Source of the DNA: an uncultured Clostridium sp.
Lineage (GTDB): Bacteria; Bacillota; Clostridia; TANB77; CAG-508
Assembly (NCBI GenBank): GCA_945865665.1
Contig: CAMBEE010000002.1
Coordinates: forward strand, 57,961-121,960
Reading direction: 5' to 3'
Length of the DNA: 64,000 nt
Shown here: in pieces, positions 44,866 to 53,777 of the stretch
Position numbering within the stretch: position 1 is the first letter of the stretch
Layout: each line of letters begins with the position of its first letter
The notes under the pieces: generated by a model
What the model was told of the DNA's origin: nothing
What the model saw: the letters and a program-made list of their open reading frames with translations, nothing else
Database searches by the model: none
Made by a program: the position numbers and the translations under genes

Positions 44866-45297
44866 ATGAAAGTGATAGAGGTTGCTGAATTTTTTTTGAC
44901 AAAGCAAAGCATGACAAATAAAAAAATACAGAAACTATGTTATTATGCACAAGCATGGTTTTATGCTTTATATAATAGAAAATTATTTGATGAAAAAATT
45001 GAAGCATGGGTGCATGGACCAGTTTGCCCTATATTATATAGAGAATATGCTGAGTTTGGATACAAAGAGGTACCTAAAATAAATAAAGAAATAAAGATGC
45101 AGGAAACGGAAAAAGATATTTTAAATCAAGTGTGGGAAATATATGGAAAACTGGATGGAGATGAATTAGAAGTTTTGACACACAGAGAACAGCCATGGAT
45201 AGAAGCTAGAAATGGAATTGATTATAGAAAACCATCTAATAATGAAATATTGCCACAAAATATGGGAAAATATTATAAAGAAAAATATGGTGTATAA
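44866..45297 (+). CDS. Panacea-domain (DUF4065, SocA/GepA-like) antitoxin
   Basis: KKIQKLCYYAQAWFYALYNRKLFDEKIEAWVHGPVCPILY is the hallmark Panacea motif. RBS GGGGAG. Confidence 0.8.
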   Translation: MKVIEVAEFFLTKQSMTNKKIQKLCYYAQAWFYALYNRKLFDEKIEAWVHGPVCPILYREYAEFGYKEVPKINKEIKMQETEKDILNQVWEIYGKLDGDELEVLTHREQPWIEARNGIDYRKPSNNEILPQNMGKYYKEKYGV

Positions 45298-45881
45298 TGC
45301 CTAAGAAGAATAGAAAAAAGAATATTCCTGCAGATGTAATTTCAAAAGAATTAGAAAAAATTAATTCGAAAGATAATGAAAAAGTAATATTTAGTTTTGA
45401 TTTTTTGGATAGATATCATGAATTATTTAATATGGGAGATAATAAAGATAATCCATTAAGTACAGAAGTAGGTTGGTTTTTGGATCTTTTAGATTGCTTA
45501 AATAATGTATCTAAGATGACAAGAGTCGAATTTAAATCTAATACAACATATGACCTTCATCCTGTGAACTGGGCAGGGGCAAATATTAATTGCCCTGCAG
45601 ATATGGAACAATATGAGTGGTGGCAGTTTAGAATAAGTAAAAGTAAAGGAAGAATTGTTGGAATTTTTATAGAAAATTGTTTTCATATTGTTTGGTTAGA
45701 TAGATATCATAACTTGACCAACAGTGAAGGATATGGAAAAGAGAATCGTTATAAAGTACCATTAAGTTTGTATGAAATGAAAGAGATAGAATTAAGTAAA
45801 GCATATGATAGAATAAAAGAATTGGAAGAAGAAAATTCTATATATGAAGACTTATTTGGTTATAAGGAGGGATTAACATGA
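45297..45881 (+). CDS. candidate toxin (194 aa); the C-terminal half resembles RelE/YoeB-fold toxins
   Basis: The start overlaps the PanA stop by 1 nt (TAATG). WWQFRISKSKGRIVGIFIENCFHIVWLDRYHNL parallels the YoeB/RelE pattern W.RRI…HRLVY…I…RYHY. Inference only. Confidence 0.5.
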   Translation: MPKKNRKKNIPADVISKELEKINSKDNEKVIFSFDFLDRYHELFNMGDNKDNPLSTEVGWFLDLLDCLNNVSKMTRVEFKSNTTYDLHPVNWAGANINCPADMEQYEWWQFRISKSKGRIVGIFIENCFHIVWLDRYHNLTNSEGYGKENRYKVPLSLYEMKEIELSKAYDRIKELEEENSIYEDLFGYKEGLT

Positions 45882-46699
45882 TATTACAATTTGAAGAAAA
45901 AAAGATTGAAGTGAAAGAAGAGTACGTAAAAACTGTGACTTCTAAATCTACAGGAAATGAATTAAATACATATAGATTTAAAATCAGAGTGGCTGGAAAA
46001 GAAAAATTTGAAGATTTTAAGAATAAAATGAATATGTATAAAGAAAAATTTATTTCTCAAATTGATGATAACGGAAATATATTGGCTAAATATAATGTAG
46101 GAACATGGAGTTATAGATACTATAATGAATTTGATTCAGAAGATACGAATTATTTGTGTGATGTAGAAATTATACAAGGTGAAGAATTAAAAACTGATAT
46201 TATAATTATTGAAGGAATAGAAAATGAAGTACTGAAATACAAAGAAGAATTTGACAATTATAATAAAGCTATTGTTATTAGAGCTATAATAAAAAATACA
46301 GAAGAACAAAGAGAAAAAATAAATAATGCTATTGGAGATAATAAATATTTTAAAGTAAAAAGACCAGGAATAAATAACGAAATATTAGAAATGCGATTTG
46401 GAAAAACAATATGGTCTAAACATGAAGGCTATATAAAAAGAAGTATTGTTCTAGTCGAAAAAAAATATGATGAAAATGACAAATTAAAAAAACCGTTTTT
46501 TTGGCCAGAATTAACCAATATGATGGATATTATGGCTAAAAATACTGTTTATATAGAAAAGTTAGAGGAAACATTGAAAAAAAATAATATGATAACTGAT
46601 GAAAATATAAAAGAAATAAAGATACAAGTGGAAAAAGAATATAAGAATGTATATAGACAATACTATCTAGTAGAAGATGTAGAAGAAGACTTTGAATAA
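45878..46699 (+). CDS. hypothetical protein (273 aa), third gene of the PanA operon
   Basis: 4-nt ATGA overlap with the upstream gene. Strong RBS AAGGAGGG 7 nt upstream. No recognisable motif. Confidence 0.65.
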   Translation: MILQFEEKKIEVKEEYVKTVTSKSTGNELNTYRFKIRVAGKEKFEDFKNKMNMYKEKFISQIDDNGNILAKYNVGTWSYRYYNEFDSEDTNYLCDVEIIQGEELKTDIIIIEGIENEVLKYKEEFDNYNKAIVIRAIIKNTEEQREKINNAIGDNKYFKVKRPGINNEILEMRFGKTIWSKHEGYIKRSIVLVEKKYDENDKLKKPFFWPELTNMMDIMAKNTVYIEKLEETLKKNNMITDENIKEIKIQVEKEYKNVYRQYYLVEDVEEDFE

Positions 46700-46834
46700 T
46701 ATTACAGTTAGATAGAAACAATTATACAACTTGTTTCTAATATGGAACAACAATAAATATTATAAATAAAAACTTTCTTTTTTTGGAAATAACATGATAT
46801 AATATTATTAGATTAAAAAAGGAGAGTTTTTATT

Positions 46835-47770
46835 ATGTTAGGAGAGAAAATAAAATTATGTAGAGAAAGTAAAAATATGACTCAGGTTGAAATTGCAGAA
46901 ATATTGGGGGTAAAAGCAGCCACTGTTTCTAAATATGAGTCTGGAACTTTAGAACCTAATATTGAATCATTGAAAAAGTTAGCTGAATTATTTGATATTT
47001 CAATTGATGAGTTATTAAAAGAAGATGATTTTGATATATCTAAAATAAATATTTTAGAAGTATTAAGAGAGCAAAAAAATATGAAATTAAAAGGAAATTT
47101 GTATCACAATACTCAAATTACATTTGCATATAATACAAATCATATTGAAGGAAGTAAGCTCACAGAAGATCAGACTAGATATATTTATGAAACTAACACC
47201 TTATTGGCAGAAAAAGATTCTATTACAGATTTAGATGATGTATTAGAAACGGCTAATCATTTTAAATTAGTTGATTATATGTTAGATATAGCAGGTAAAA
47301 AGTTAGCTGAAAAGATGATAAAAGAGTTTCACAAAATATTAAAAGAAGGAACATCAGACAGTAGAAAAGATTGGTTTGCTGTTGGAGATTATAAGAAATT
47401 ATCAAATGAAGTAGGGGGACTAAAAACTACAGATCCTAAAAATGTTGAGCGAGATATGAAAAAATTATTAGAATGGTATGAGTCTTTGAAACAAGTTACA
47501 ATAAATGAAATAATAGAATTTCATGCTAAATTTGAAAAGATACATCCGTTTCAAGATGGAAATGGGAGAATCGGTAGATTAATTGCATTTAAAGAATGCT
47601 TAAAGAATAATATAGTACCGTTTATTATTCTAGACAAAGATAAATTGTTTTATTATAGAGGGTTAAACCAATATCAAACTAATAAAGAAAAAGGATATTT
47701 AATAGATACTTGTTTAAATGCACAGGATCAATATACAGAAATGATTAAATATTATGTTGGAAATAAATAA
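46835..47770 (+). CDS. XRE-family HTH + Fic (AMPylase/Fido) domain protein
   Basis: N-terminal LGEKIKLCRESKNMTQVEIAEILGVKAATVSKYESG (HTH_XRE). Fic motif HPFQDGNGRIGR at 47543-47578. Confidence 0.9.
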   Translation: MLGEKIKLCRESKNMTQVEIAEILGVKAATVSKYESGTLEPNIESLKKLAELFDISIDELLKEDDFDISKINILEVLREQKNMKLKGNLYHNTQITFAYNTNHIEGSKLTEDQTRYIYETNTLLAEKDSITDLDDVLETANHFKLVDYMLDIAGKKLAEKMIKEFHKILKEGTSDSRKDWFAVGDYKKLSNEVGGLKTTDPKNVERDMKKLLEWYESLKQVTINEIIEFHAKFEKIHPFQDGNGRIGRLIAFKECLKNNIVPFIILDKDKLFYYRGLNQYQTNKEKGYLIDTCLNAQDQYTEMIKYYVGNK

Positions 47771-47777
47771 ACTAAAG

Positions 47778-47826
47778 AAAAGCAAAATAATAGTAATTAG
47801 ATATTACAGAATTATTTTGCTTTTTT
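47778..47826 (+). terminator. rho-independent terminator after fic
   Basis: 10-bp stem gcaaaataat/attattttgc with a structured loop, followed by TTTTTT. It is duplicated at ~50333-50382. Confidence 0.65.
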
Positions 47827-47921
47827 GATAATAAGAGACAAGTTACGACAAAATTTTCAAATAGTAAGTGCTATATTAGATGTTAAATTATCGATAAAGA
47901 TATGTAATAGGAAGGAAGTAT

Positions 47922-48713
47922 ATGTTTACAAATAGGGAATTAGCTATAATGATATGGGTCAATGTGTTTATATTGTATTGTTTATTAAAGCCAGATGTAA
48001 GGCAATCGTTTAAGAATGTAATAAAAGCAACATTTAACAAAAAATTAGTAATGTTATATATTATTATATATACATATATGGCATTTTGTATATATATTCT
48101 TTATAAGGTAAGATTTTGGAATATAAATTTATTGAAGGATACTCTTATATGGCTTATAACTATACCTATATTCTCGATAATAAAAGCAGAAGAAGATAGT
48201 AAAAAATACTTTAGAGAGACATTAAAGAGTTGTTTTGAAGTTTATATCTTAATAGAATTTATAGGAGTTAATTATCCTTTTAGCTTATGGATCGAATTAA
48301 TTATCATTCCAATTGTATTATTATTTTCATTAGTAGGAGAATTTGGAGAAAGATTCGGAGGAACGAAGGAAGTTTCTACTTTTGCATATTCTATAGTTAT
48401 AATAATATCTTTTGCTGCATTTGTACATTCAATAAGGCTAATGATTAATGATATACAAAATATTTTTACTGAAGACACTCTAAAAAGTATAATTTACATA
48501 CCAATATTGACTATAATATATATGCCAATGACATATTTAATATTAGTTTTTATGAAATATGAAACATTTTGGGTTAGAGTAAAGTGTAAAAACTATTTAT
48601 CAAAAAAAGATAAAAGAATGGTAATGTGTAAAGCAATAAAAAATTGCAAACTAAATCTTAATAAGATAAAAAATATAAAGTTAGAAGAATATATAAATAT
48701 TATGGAGAGATAG
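47922..48713 (+). CDS. hypothetical multi-pass membrane protein (263 aa, ~6 TM)
   Basis: RBS AGGAAGGA. Strongly hydrophobic segments throughout. No family recognised. Confidence 0.7.
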   Translation: MFTNRELAIMIWVNVFILYCLLKPDVRQSFKNVIKATFNKKLVMLYIIIYTYMAFCIYILYKVRFWNINLLKDTLIWLITIPIFSIIKAEEDSKKYFRETLKSCFEVYILIEFIGVNYPFSLWIELIIIPIVLLFSLVGEFGERFGGTKEVSTFAYSIVIIISFAAFVHSIRLMINDIQNIFTEDTLKSIIYIPILTIIYMPMTYLILVFMKYETFWVRVKCKNYLSKKDKRMVMCKAIKNCKLNLNKIKNIKLEEYINIMER

Positions 48714-48715
48714 AT

Positions 48716-49651
48716 ATGAAAAATTATGGAAAATGTCATATATGTGGAAAAAACACACAATTAACATTCGAGCATATTCCACCTGAAAAAGCAAACAATT
48801 CTGACGATGCACATGCAATATTAGGTGATACATTGATGAATCATATAGGAAGTACAAGGCAACCATGGGATTTAACGGGATTAAGATATAAAAATTTGCA
48901 ACGAGGAATGGGAGGATATACATTATGCGAAGCTTGCAACAATAATACTGGAGCATGGTATGCAGATGATTATATTAATTTCGTTAATACTATAGGATAT
49001 GTACTAACAAATAAAGTAGATTTAGAAAAAGTTAAAGCAGTAAAAATTGAATTAAAAGAGATGCATCCTTTAAGAATTTTTAAGCAGATAATTTGTATGT
49101 TTGCGTCTACAATGCATGCAGAATTTTTTGATGCACATCCAGCACTAAGAGATTTTATTCTCAATAGAGAATCTACGAATTTTGATCCAAAAAAATATAG
49201 AATTAGCATGTATATCTTAAAAGAACCCCGTTGTGGTTGGTCTGGGTTAAATGTTATGATGTATGGTAATGGAAAGATTAAAACAGTAGCATATATGGAT
49301 TTATATCCAGTAGGATTTATATTAGAAATAGATCCAACAGAAGATACATTTGAATATGTATCTGATATTACAAATATGGGTACTGATTTTACATATAATG
49401 ATAAAGGAATATTAGGAGTTACATTAAACATCCTAGAAAGAAATACTTTGTGGGTAGGAGATTTTAGAAGTAAAGAGGATATTTTAAAGCAAAGTAAAAA
49501 AAGTAGAATTGATACAATAGAAATAATTAAAGATGAAATGAATAGATTAAATATAAAAGAAGAAAAATACAAAAGTGTTATTGATGAATATATCAATAAT
49601 CAAATAAGTTCAAGTGAATTTTTAAATAGGATTGAACAGATAAAAGGCTAG
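48716..49651 (+). CDS. hypothetical protein with N-terminal HNH-like treble-clef motif (311 aa)
   Basis: CHICGKNTQLTFEHIPPEKANN…YTLCEACNNNTG (CxxC…EH…N…CxxCN). It starts 3 nt after the membrane-protein stop, with RBS GGAGAG. Confidence 0.65.
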   Translation: MKNYGKCHICGKNTQLTFEHIPPEKANNSDDAHAILGDTLMNHIGSTRQPWDLTGLRYKNLQRGMGGYTLCEACNNNTGAWYADDYINFVNTIGYVLTNKVDLEKVKAVKIELKEMHPLRIFKQIICMFASTMHAEFFDAHPALRDFILNRESTNFDPKKYRISMYILKEPRCGWSGLNVMMYGNGKIKTVAYMDLYPVGFILEIDPTEDTFEYVSDITNMGTDFTYNDKGILGVTLNILERNTLWVGDFRSKEDILKQSKKSRIDTIEIIKDEMNRLNIKEEKYKSVIDEYINNQISSSEFLNRIEQIKG

Positions 49652-49723
49652 AATTGACTCGTCTTTTATTGTATTTATTGTTTTAAGATATTTTTTCACA
49701 AATTTGAAAAAATGCATAAAAAT

Positions 49724-49757
49724 CCAAAGTTTTTTCAAAATTTTGAAAAAACTTTGG
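49724..49757. repeat. perfect 34-bp palindrome (17+17), probable bidirectional terminator
   Basis: ccaaagttttttcaaaa|ttttgaaaaaactttgg, located between convergent coding regions. Confidence 0.6.
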
Positions 49758-49770
49758 AAAAGATATTTAA

Positions 49771-50064
49771 TTAATTATCAAAACTACCACCAATTAGCAG
49801 CAGCCCATCGAAAAAAACATTCCTATAATATTTCTCATTCCAATAATCAAGATATTTCATAAAATCATCATACAATTTATCAAGTTGAGACTGAACAAAC
49901 TGCTTATTATCCTTAGAAACATTACGAAAAATTTTCTCGCAAAACTTATCAAAATTCAAACTATCTTTATAATCCTTATCAGAAAGTTGACAAAGTAAAG
50001 ACTCCTATCTAAACATTAACCAATCTTCCAAAATATCATCATTAACTTCTCTTAAATTATTAAT
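49771..50064 (-). pseudogene. decayed copy of the small gene at 53256-53549
   Basis: The DNA aligns with 53256-53549. The start codon is changed (CAT->AAT at 50062) and there is an in-frame stop (…EDWLMFR* versus …KDWLEFREET). Only the C-terminal 62 codons remain open. Confidence 0.75.
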
Positions 50065-50233
50065 AATCTAAAATTTCCTAAAAATATCTCTTATAAGAGC
50101 TAATTTTGTAAGAACAAACGTATCATACCCATTGGGTAAAATCTTCTCCAAAAATACCTAAAAAGATACAAATGTTCTACAAATCAAAAATCTTGTAAAT
50201 ACCTAAATACCAACAAAAACACGTCAAACCTTG

Positions 50234-50437
50234 CTAATAAAGAAAAAGGTTATTTAATTGATACTTGTCTAAATGCTCAAGATCAATATATATAAATTAT
50301 TAAATACTATATAGGTAATAAATAAACAAAAGAAAAGCAAAATAATATTAATTATATATTACAAAATTATTTTGCTTTTTTGATAGAAAATGACAAGATT
50401 CGACAAAAAAATACTAGTAAAAGTTGTAGAATAAAAA
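50234..50437 (+). repeat. duplicated fic 3' end + terminator + downstream leader (copy of 47679-47880)
   Basis: ctaataaagaaaaagg(t/a)tatttaat(t/a)gatacttgt… through the gcaaaataat…attattttgctttttt terminator and …gacaag(a)ttcgacaaaa aligns with the end of the intact fic gene. Confidence 0.8.
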
Positions 50438-50449
50438 AGGGGAATAAAA

Positions 50450-52570
50450 ATGAAAATTGATTTGCATTGTCACACAAAAAGAACGAAGATAGGGGATCCT
50501 GAAACTAGAAATGTTACTTTAGAATTATTTAAAGAAAAGATTATTAATAGTAATGTTAGAATTGTAGGAATAACAAACCATAATCTATTTGATGTGCATC
50601 AATATAATGAATTAAAGGAAAGTGTTACTGGATTTGCACAAGTCTGGCCAGGAATTGAACTAGATGTAAAATACAAAGGTAATATAGGACATTTAATTGT
50701 TATATATAATCCAGAAAAAATAAGTGAATTTGAAATTCTGCTGAACAAATTAATAAATGAGCAAACTCCTGATGAAGTAGAAATAGATTTAAATGAATTT
50801 GTAAAGGATTTCTCAACTAAAGATGCTATATTTATTGCACATGACTACAGAAAAGCACAAAGTTTTAGCAGAGAAATGATTGAGATATTAAAGAGCGGAA
50901 TTACCGAAAAATATAGAATATTTTCAGAACCTAGTAGTTTTAAGAGTTTGAGTATTATGTTAGATAATGGAATACAAGCAATCTTGGGAAGCGATATTAA
51001 AGATTGGACCAATTATCCAAATTGTGAATTGCCTGAATTAAAGTTAGATGTAGATAGTTTTGAAAAATTAATTTTATTAGCCAAAAAGGATAGAGCTACC
51101 ATAAACACATTATTAAATAAAAAAGAACAAAAAATAAAAGAAATTCAAATAAAGATTAATGATTCTAAAAAAGAAAAAACAAAGATACCAATATATAATG
51201 ATATAAATGTGATTTTTGGAACAAAGGGAACAGGTAAAACAGCGGTTTTAGAAGGATTAAAGAACAAATACTTACAAGATGGAAACAGATATTCTTTCTA
51301 TAGAGCTTCAGATGTAGATGAGGTAATGGACCAAAAATTAAAATTTAGCGATACAGAAAGAACCAATACCAATTTAGATATCAGTTTTGTCAAAGAAATG
51401 ATAGAATTTATAAAAAATTGGGAAGAAATTTTACCAACATCCTTAAATGACTATATTGAATATTCAAAGACAAAAAAGAACAACAAAAATAAAGGAAGAT
51501 TAAAGATTACAGCCTTAAAGACAACTTTTAAAAATAATAGTAAGTTAAATAAACTAAAAAATGAATATCAAATAGTAAAAGATATTATTAGTCAAATAGA
51601 AGAATATAATTTAGAAAAATATTTAATACCAGAAGATGCAAAAGTATATAAAGAAATTAATAATAAAATAAAAGAAAATTGTTTTTCTTTATTAAAATTA
51701 GAACATATTGATTATTATTCAAATAAATTAAGTAATGCTAGTATAAAAATAATTAAACAAAAAGCTGATTTATGTACAACGTCAAAGTCTTTACCGGATA
51801 GTACAGGTTTTTTGGAATTTTCACAGAATTATTTAAATTTGAAAAATCATATTCAAAACTTTAAAAAGTGTATGGATGGTAAAACGGAAAAAAGCAGAGA
51901 AAAAATAGGAAATCTTGATGAAGGTAAAGAGGTATATTTATCTGTTGAACATAGGATATTCAAAAGTAAAGTTAAAGAATTTAAATATGGGCAAAATATC
52001 AGTGATTTAAATAAAATATGTAATTTAATTTTGGGATTAGATAAAAATTTTAAGGTAGAACTCAGTGAGAAAATAGATAATATAAGGGAAGAATTTGAAA
52101 AAGTTAATTTAAAAGCAAAAGATTTCATTGGAATAAAAAAACAGTATGAAAATAAACTAGGTGAATACTACAAGCCTTCAGATGGAGAAAAAATAATGTT
52201 AATATTGCATAAAAAAATATTCGAAGATGCAGATGTATATTTATTAGATGAGCCAGAAAGAAGCTTAGGAAATACTTTTATAAATTCTGTAATTGTACCT
52301 AGGATTGTAGAATTAGGAAAAATGGGAAAAACAGTGATTGTGGCAACACATAATGCTAATATAGCAGTTAGAACATTACCTTTTACCTCAATATTGAAAT
52401 CTTATGAGAATGGAAAATATAAAACATATATTGGTAATCCTTTTACAAATGAGCTGATAAATATAGAAGATAGTAATGATACTAAGAATTGGAAGGATGA
52501 AAGTATTAAGGTATTAGAAGGTGGAAAAGAAGCTTTTGATGATAGGAGAATAGTGTATGAATCAAGATAG
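50450..52570 (+). CDS. PHP-phosphoesterase domain fused to an ABC/OLD-like ATPase (706 aa)
   Basis: N-terminal IDLHCHTKRT…GITNHN (PHP metal-binding His motif, 50459-50476). Walker A GTKGTGKT. C-terminal PSDGEK (signature-like), VYLLDEPERSLG (Walker B/D-loop), VATHNANI (H-loop). Confidence 0.8.
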   Translation: MKIDLHCHTKRTKIGDPETRNVTLELFKEKIINSNVRIVGITNHNLFDVHQYNELKESVTGFAQVWPGIELDVKYKGNIGHLIVIYNPEKISEFEILLNKLINEQTPDEVEIDLNEFVKDFSTKDAIFIAHDYRKAQSFSREMIEILKSGITEKYRIFSEPSSFKSLSIMLDNGIQAILGSDIKDWTNYPNCELPELKLDVDSFEKLILLAKKDRATINTLLNKKEQKIKEIQIKINDSKKEKTKIPIYNDINVIFGTKGTGKTAVLEGLKNKYLQDGNRYSFYRASDVDEVMDQKLKFSDTERTNTNLDISFVKEMIEFIKNWEEILPTSLNDYIEYSKTKKNNKNKGRLKITALKTTFKNNSKLNKLKNEYQIVKDIISQIEEYNLEKYLIPEDAKVYKEINNKIKENCFSLLKLEHIDYYSNKLSNASIKIIKQKADLCTTSKSLPDSTGFLEFSQNYLNLKNHIQNFKKCMDGKTEKSREKIGNLDEGKEVYLSVEHRIFKSKVKEFKYGQNISDLNKICNLILGLDKNFKVELSEKIDNIREEFEKVNLKAKDFIGIKKQYENKLGEYYKPSDGEKIMLILHKKIFEDADVYLLDEPERSLGNTFINSVIVPRIVELGKMGKTVIVATHNANIAVRTLPFTSILKSYENGKYKTYIGNPFTNELINIEDSNDTKNWKDESIKVLEGGKEAFDDRRIVYESR

Positions 52571-52862
52571 TAATAAAATAATAGTGGAATTAAAAAAAGA
52601 AAATAATGATGATGTTTTGGAATTTCAATTCAAAAATAAAATACTAATTAATTTTAATAAATCAGATAATAACGACATAAAAGAAGTTTTTAAAATTGTT
52701 TTAGAAGAATTAACAAAATCTATTTTTAATTTTGAATTAAAAATTGCTGATGGATATGATGTGGACTTATATAAGGAAGTGGTAACTACATATATTGAAG
52801 AATTAAATGAAGAGATAGAGCAACTCGTAAATTCTGAAGAATGGAAAGAAATATATGATTAA
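52557..52862 (+). CDS. small acidic protein (101 aa) coupled to the PHP-ATPase
   Basis: RBS AGGAGA 7 nt upstream. 14-nt overlap with the end of the ATPase gene. E/D-rich, with no recognised motif. Confidence 0.6.
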   Translation: MNQDSNKIIVELKKENNDDVLEFQFKNKILINFNKSDNNDIKEVFKIVLEELTKSIFNFELKIADGYDVDLYKEVVTTYIEELNEEIEQLVNSEEWKEIYD

Positions 52863-52923
52863 AAGAATATATTAACTATAAAAGGACAAAATGATTATTT
52901 TGTCCTTTTATAAGTTATATTAA

Positions 52924-53229
52924 TTATTGACGTATTCCACTTCCACCAAGACTCATGATAACTAAATTCAAACAATCTGCAAATCCTGCTTGATAATATT
53001 TTTCATTATAAAAAGATGAAAATTCCAAAATCTGTTTATAAAACTTTTTAAATTCATTAGAAACATACTTATAGTCTTGTCCAGAAATATAACTTAAAAT
53101 CTGATTCTCAAATGAATCAAAGTCTAATTTCTGATTGCTTTTCATATTTTTAAATCTATCAAATTCATTATCTCTAAAATTAATCCATTGTTTTATTAAA
53201 TTTTCAACAAATTCTTTATTTATTTTCAT
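52924..53229 (-). CDS. small helical protein, paralogue of 53256-53549
   Basis: The start is set at MKINKEF (RBS GGAGG). It shares …NEKYYxxGFxD(C/G)xxL(V/I)… with its neighbour. Confidence 0.6.
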   Translation of the reverse strand: MKINKEFVENLIKQWINFRDNEFDRFKNMKSNQKLDFDSFENQILSYISGQDYKYVSNEFKKFYKQILEFSSFYNEKYYQAGFADCLNLVIMSLGGSGIRQ

Positions 53230-53255
53230 ATCTAAAACCTCCAATACTAATACAA

Positions 53256-53549
53256 TTATTCTCCAAAGCATCCTCCAATCAATTCAACCCCATCGCAGAA
53301 ACCATTCCTATAATATTTCTCATTCCAATAATCAAGATACATCATAAAATCATCATACAATTTATCAAGTTGAGACTGAACAAACTGCTTATTATCCTTA
53401 GAAACATTACGCAAAATCTTCTCGCAAAACTTATCAAAATTCAAACTATACTTATAATCCCTATCAGAAAGTTGACAAAGTAAAGTCTCCTCTCTAAATT
53501 CTAACCAATCTTTCAAAATATCATCATTAACTTCTCTTAAATTATTCAT
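53256..53549 (-). CDS. small helical protein (element right-end module)
   Basis: The start is set at MNNLREV (RBS AGGAGG). The ORF-track N-terminal extension has no RBS and runs into the att region. Confidence 0.6.
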   Translation of the reverse strand: MNNLREVNDDILKDWLEFREETLLCQLSDRDYKYSLNFDKFCEKILRNVSKDNKQFVQSQLDKLYDDFMMYLDYWNEKYYRNGFCDGVELIGGCFGE

Positions 53550-53637
53550 AATATAAATCCTCCTAAAAATTAAAATTTTTCTTAATAAAAATATCTCTAA
53601 CAAGAGCCAATTTTGTAAGAACAAACGTACCATACTC

Positions 53638-53660
53638 ATTGGGTAAAAATTGGGTAAAAT
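53638..53660 (+). repeat. tandem 11-mer (ATTGGGTAAAA x2), candidate integrase arm-type site, right end
   Basis: Identical to 34313-34335. Confidence 0.6.
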
Positions 53661-53777
53661 CATCTCCAAAAATGCCCTAAAAATGCACGAATGTTCTATA
53701 AACCAAAACTCTTGTAAATACCGAAATACCAACAAAAATTCTAATTTTCACAAAACTACAAAAACCGGTCAAACCTC

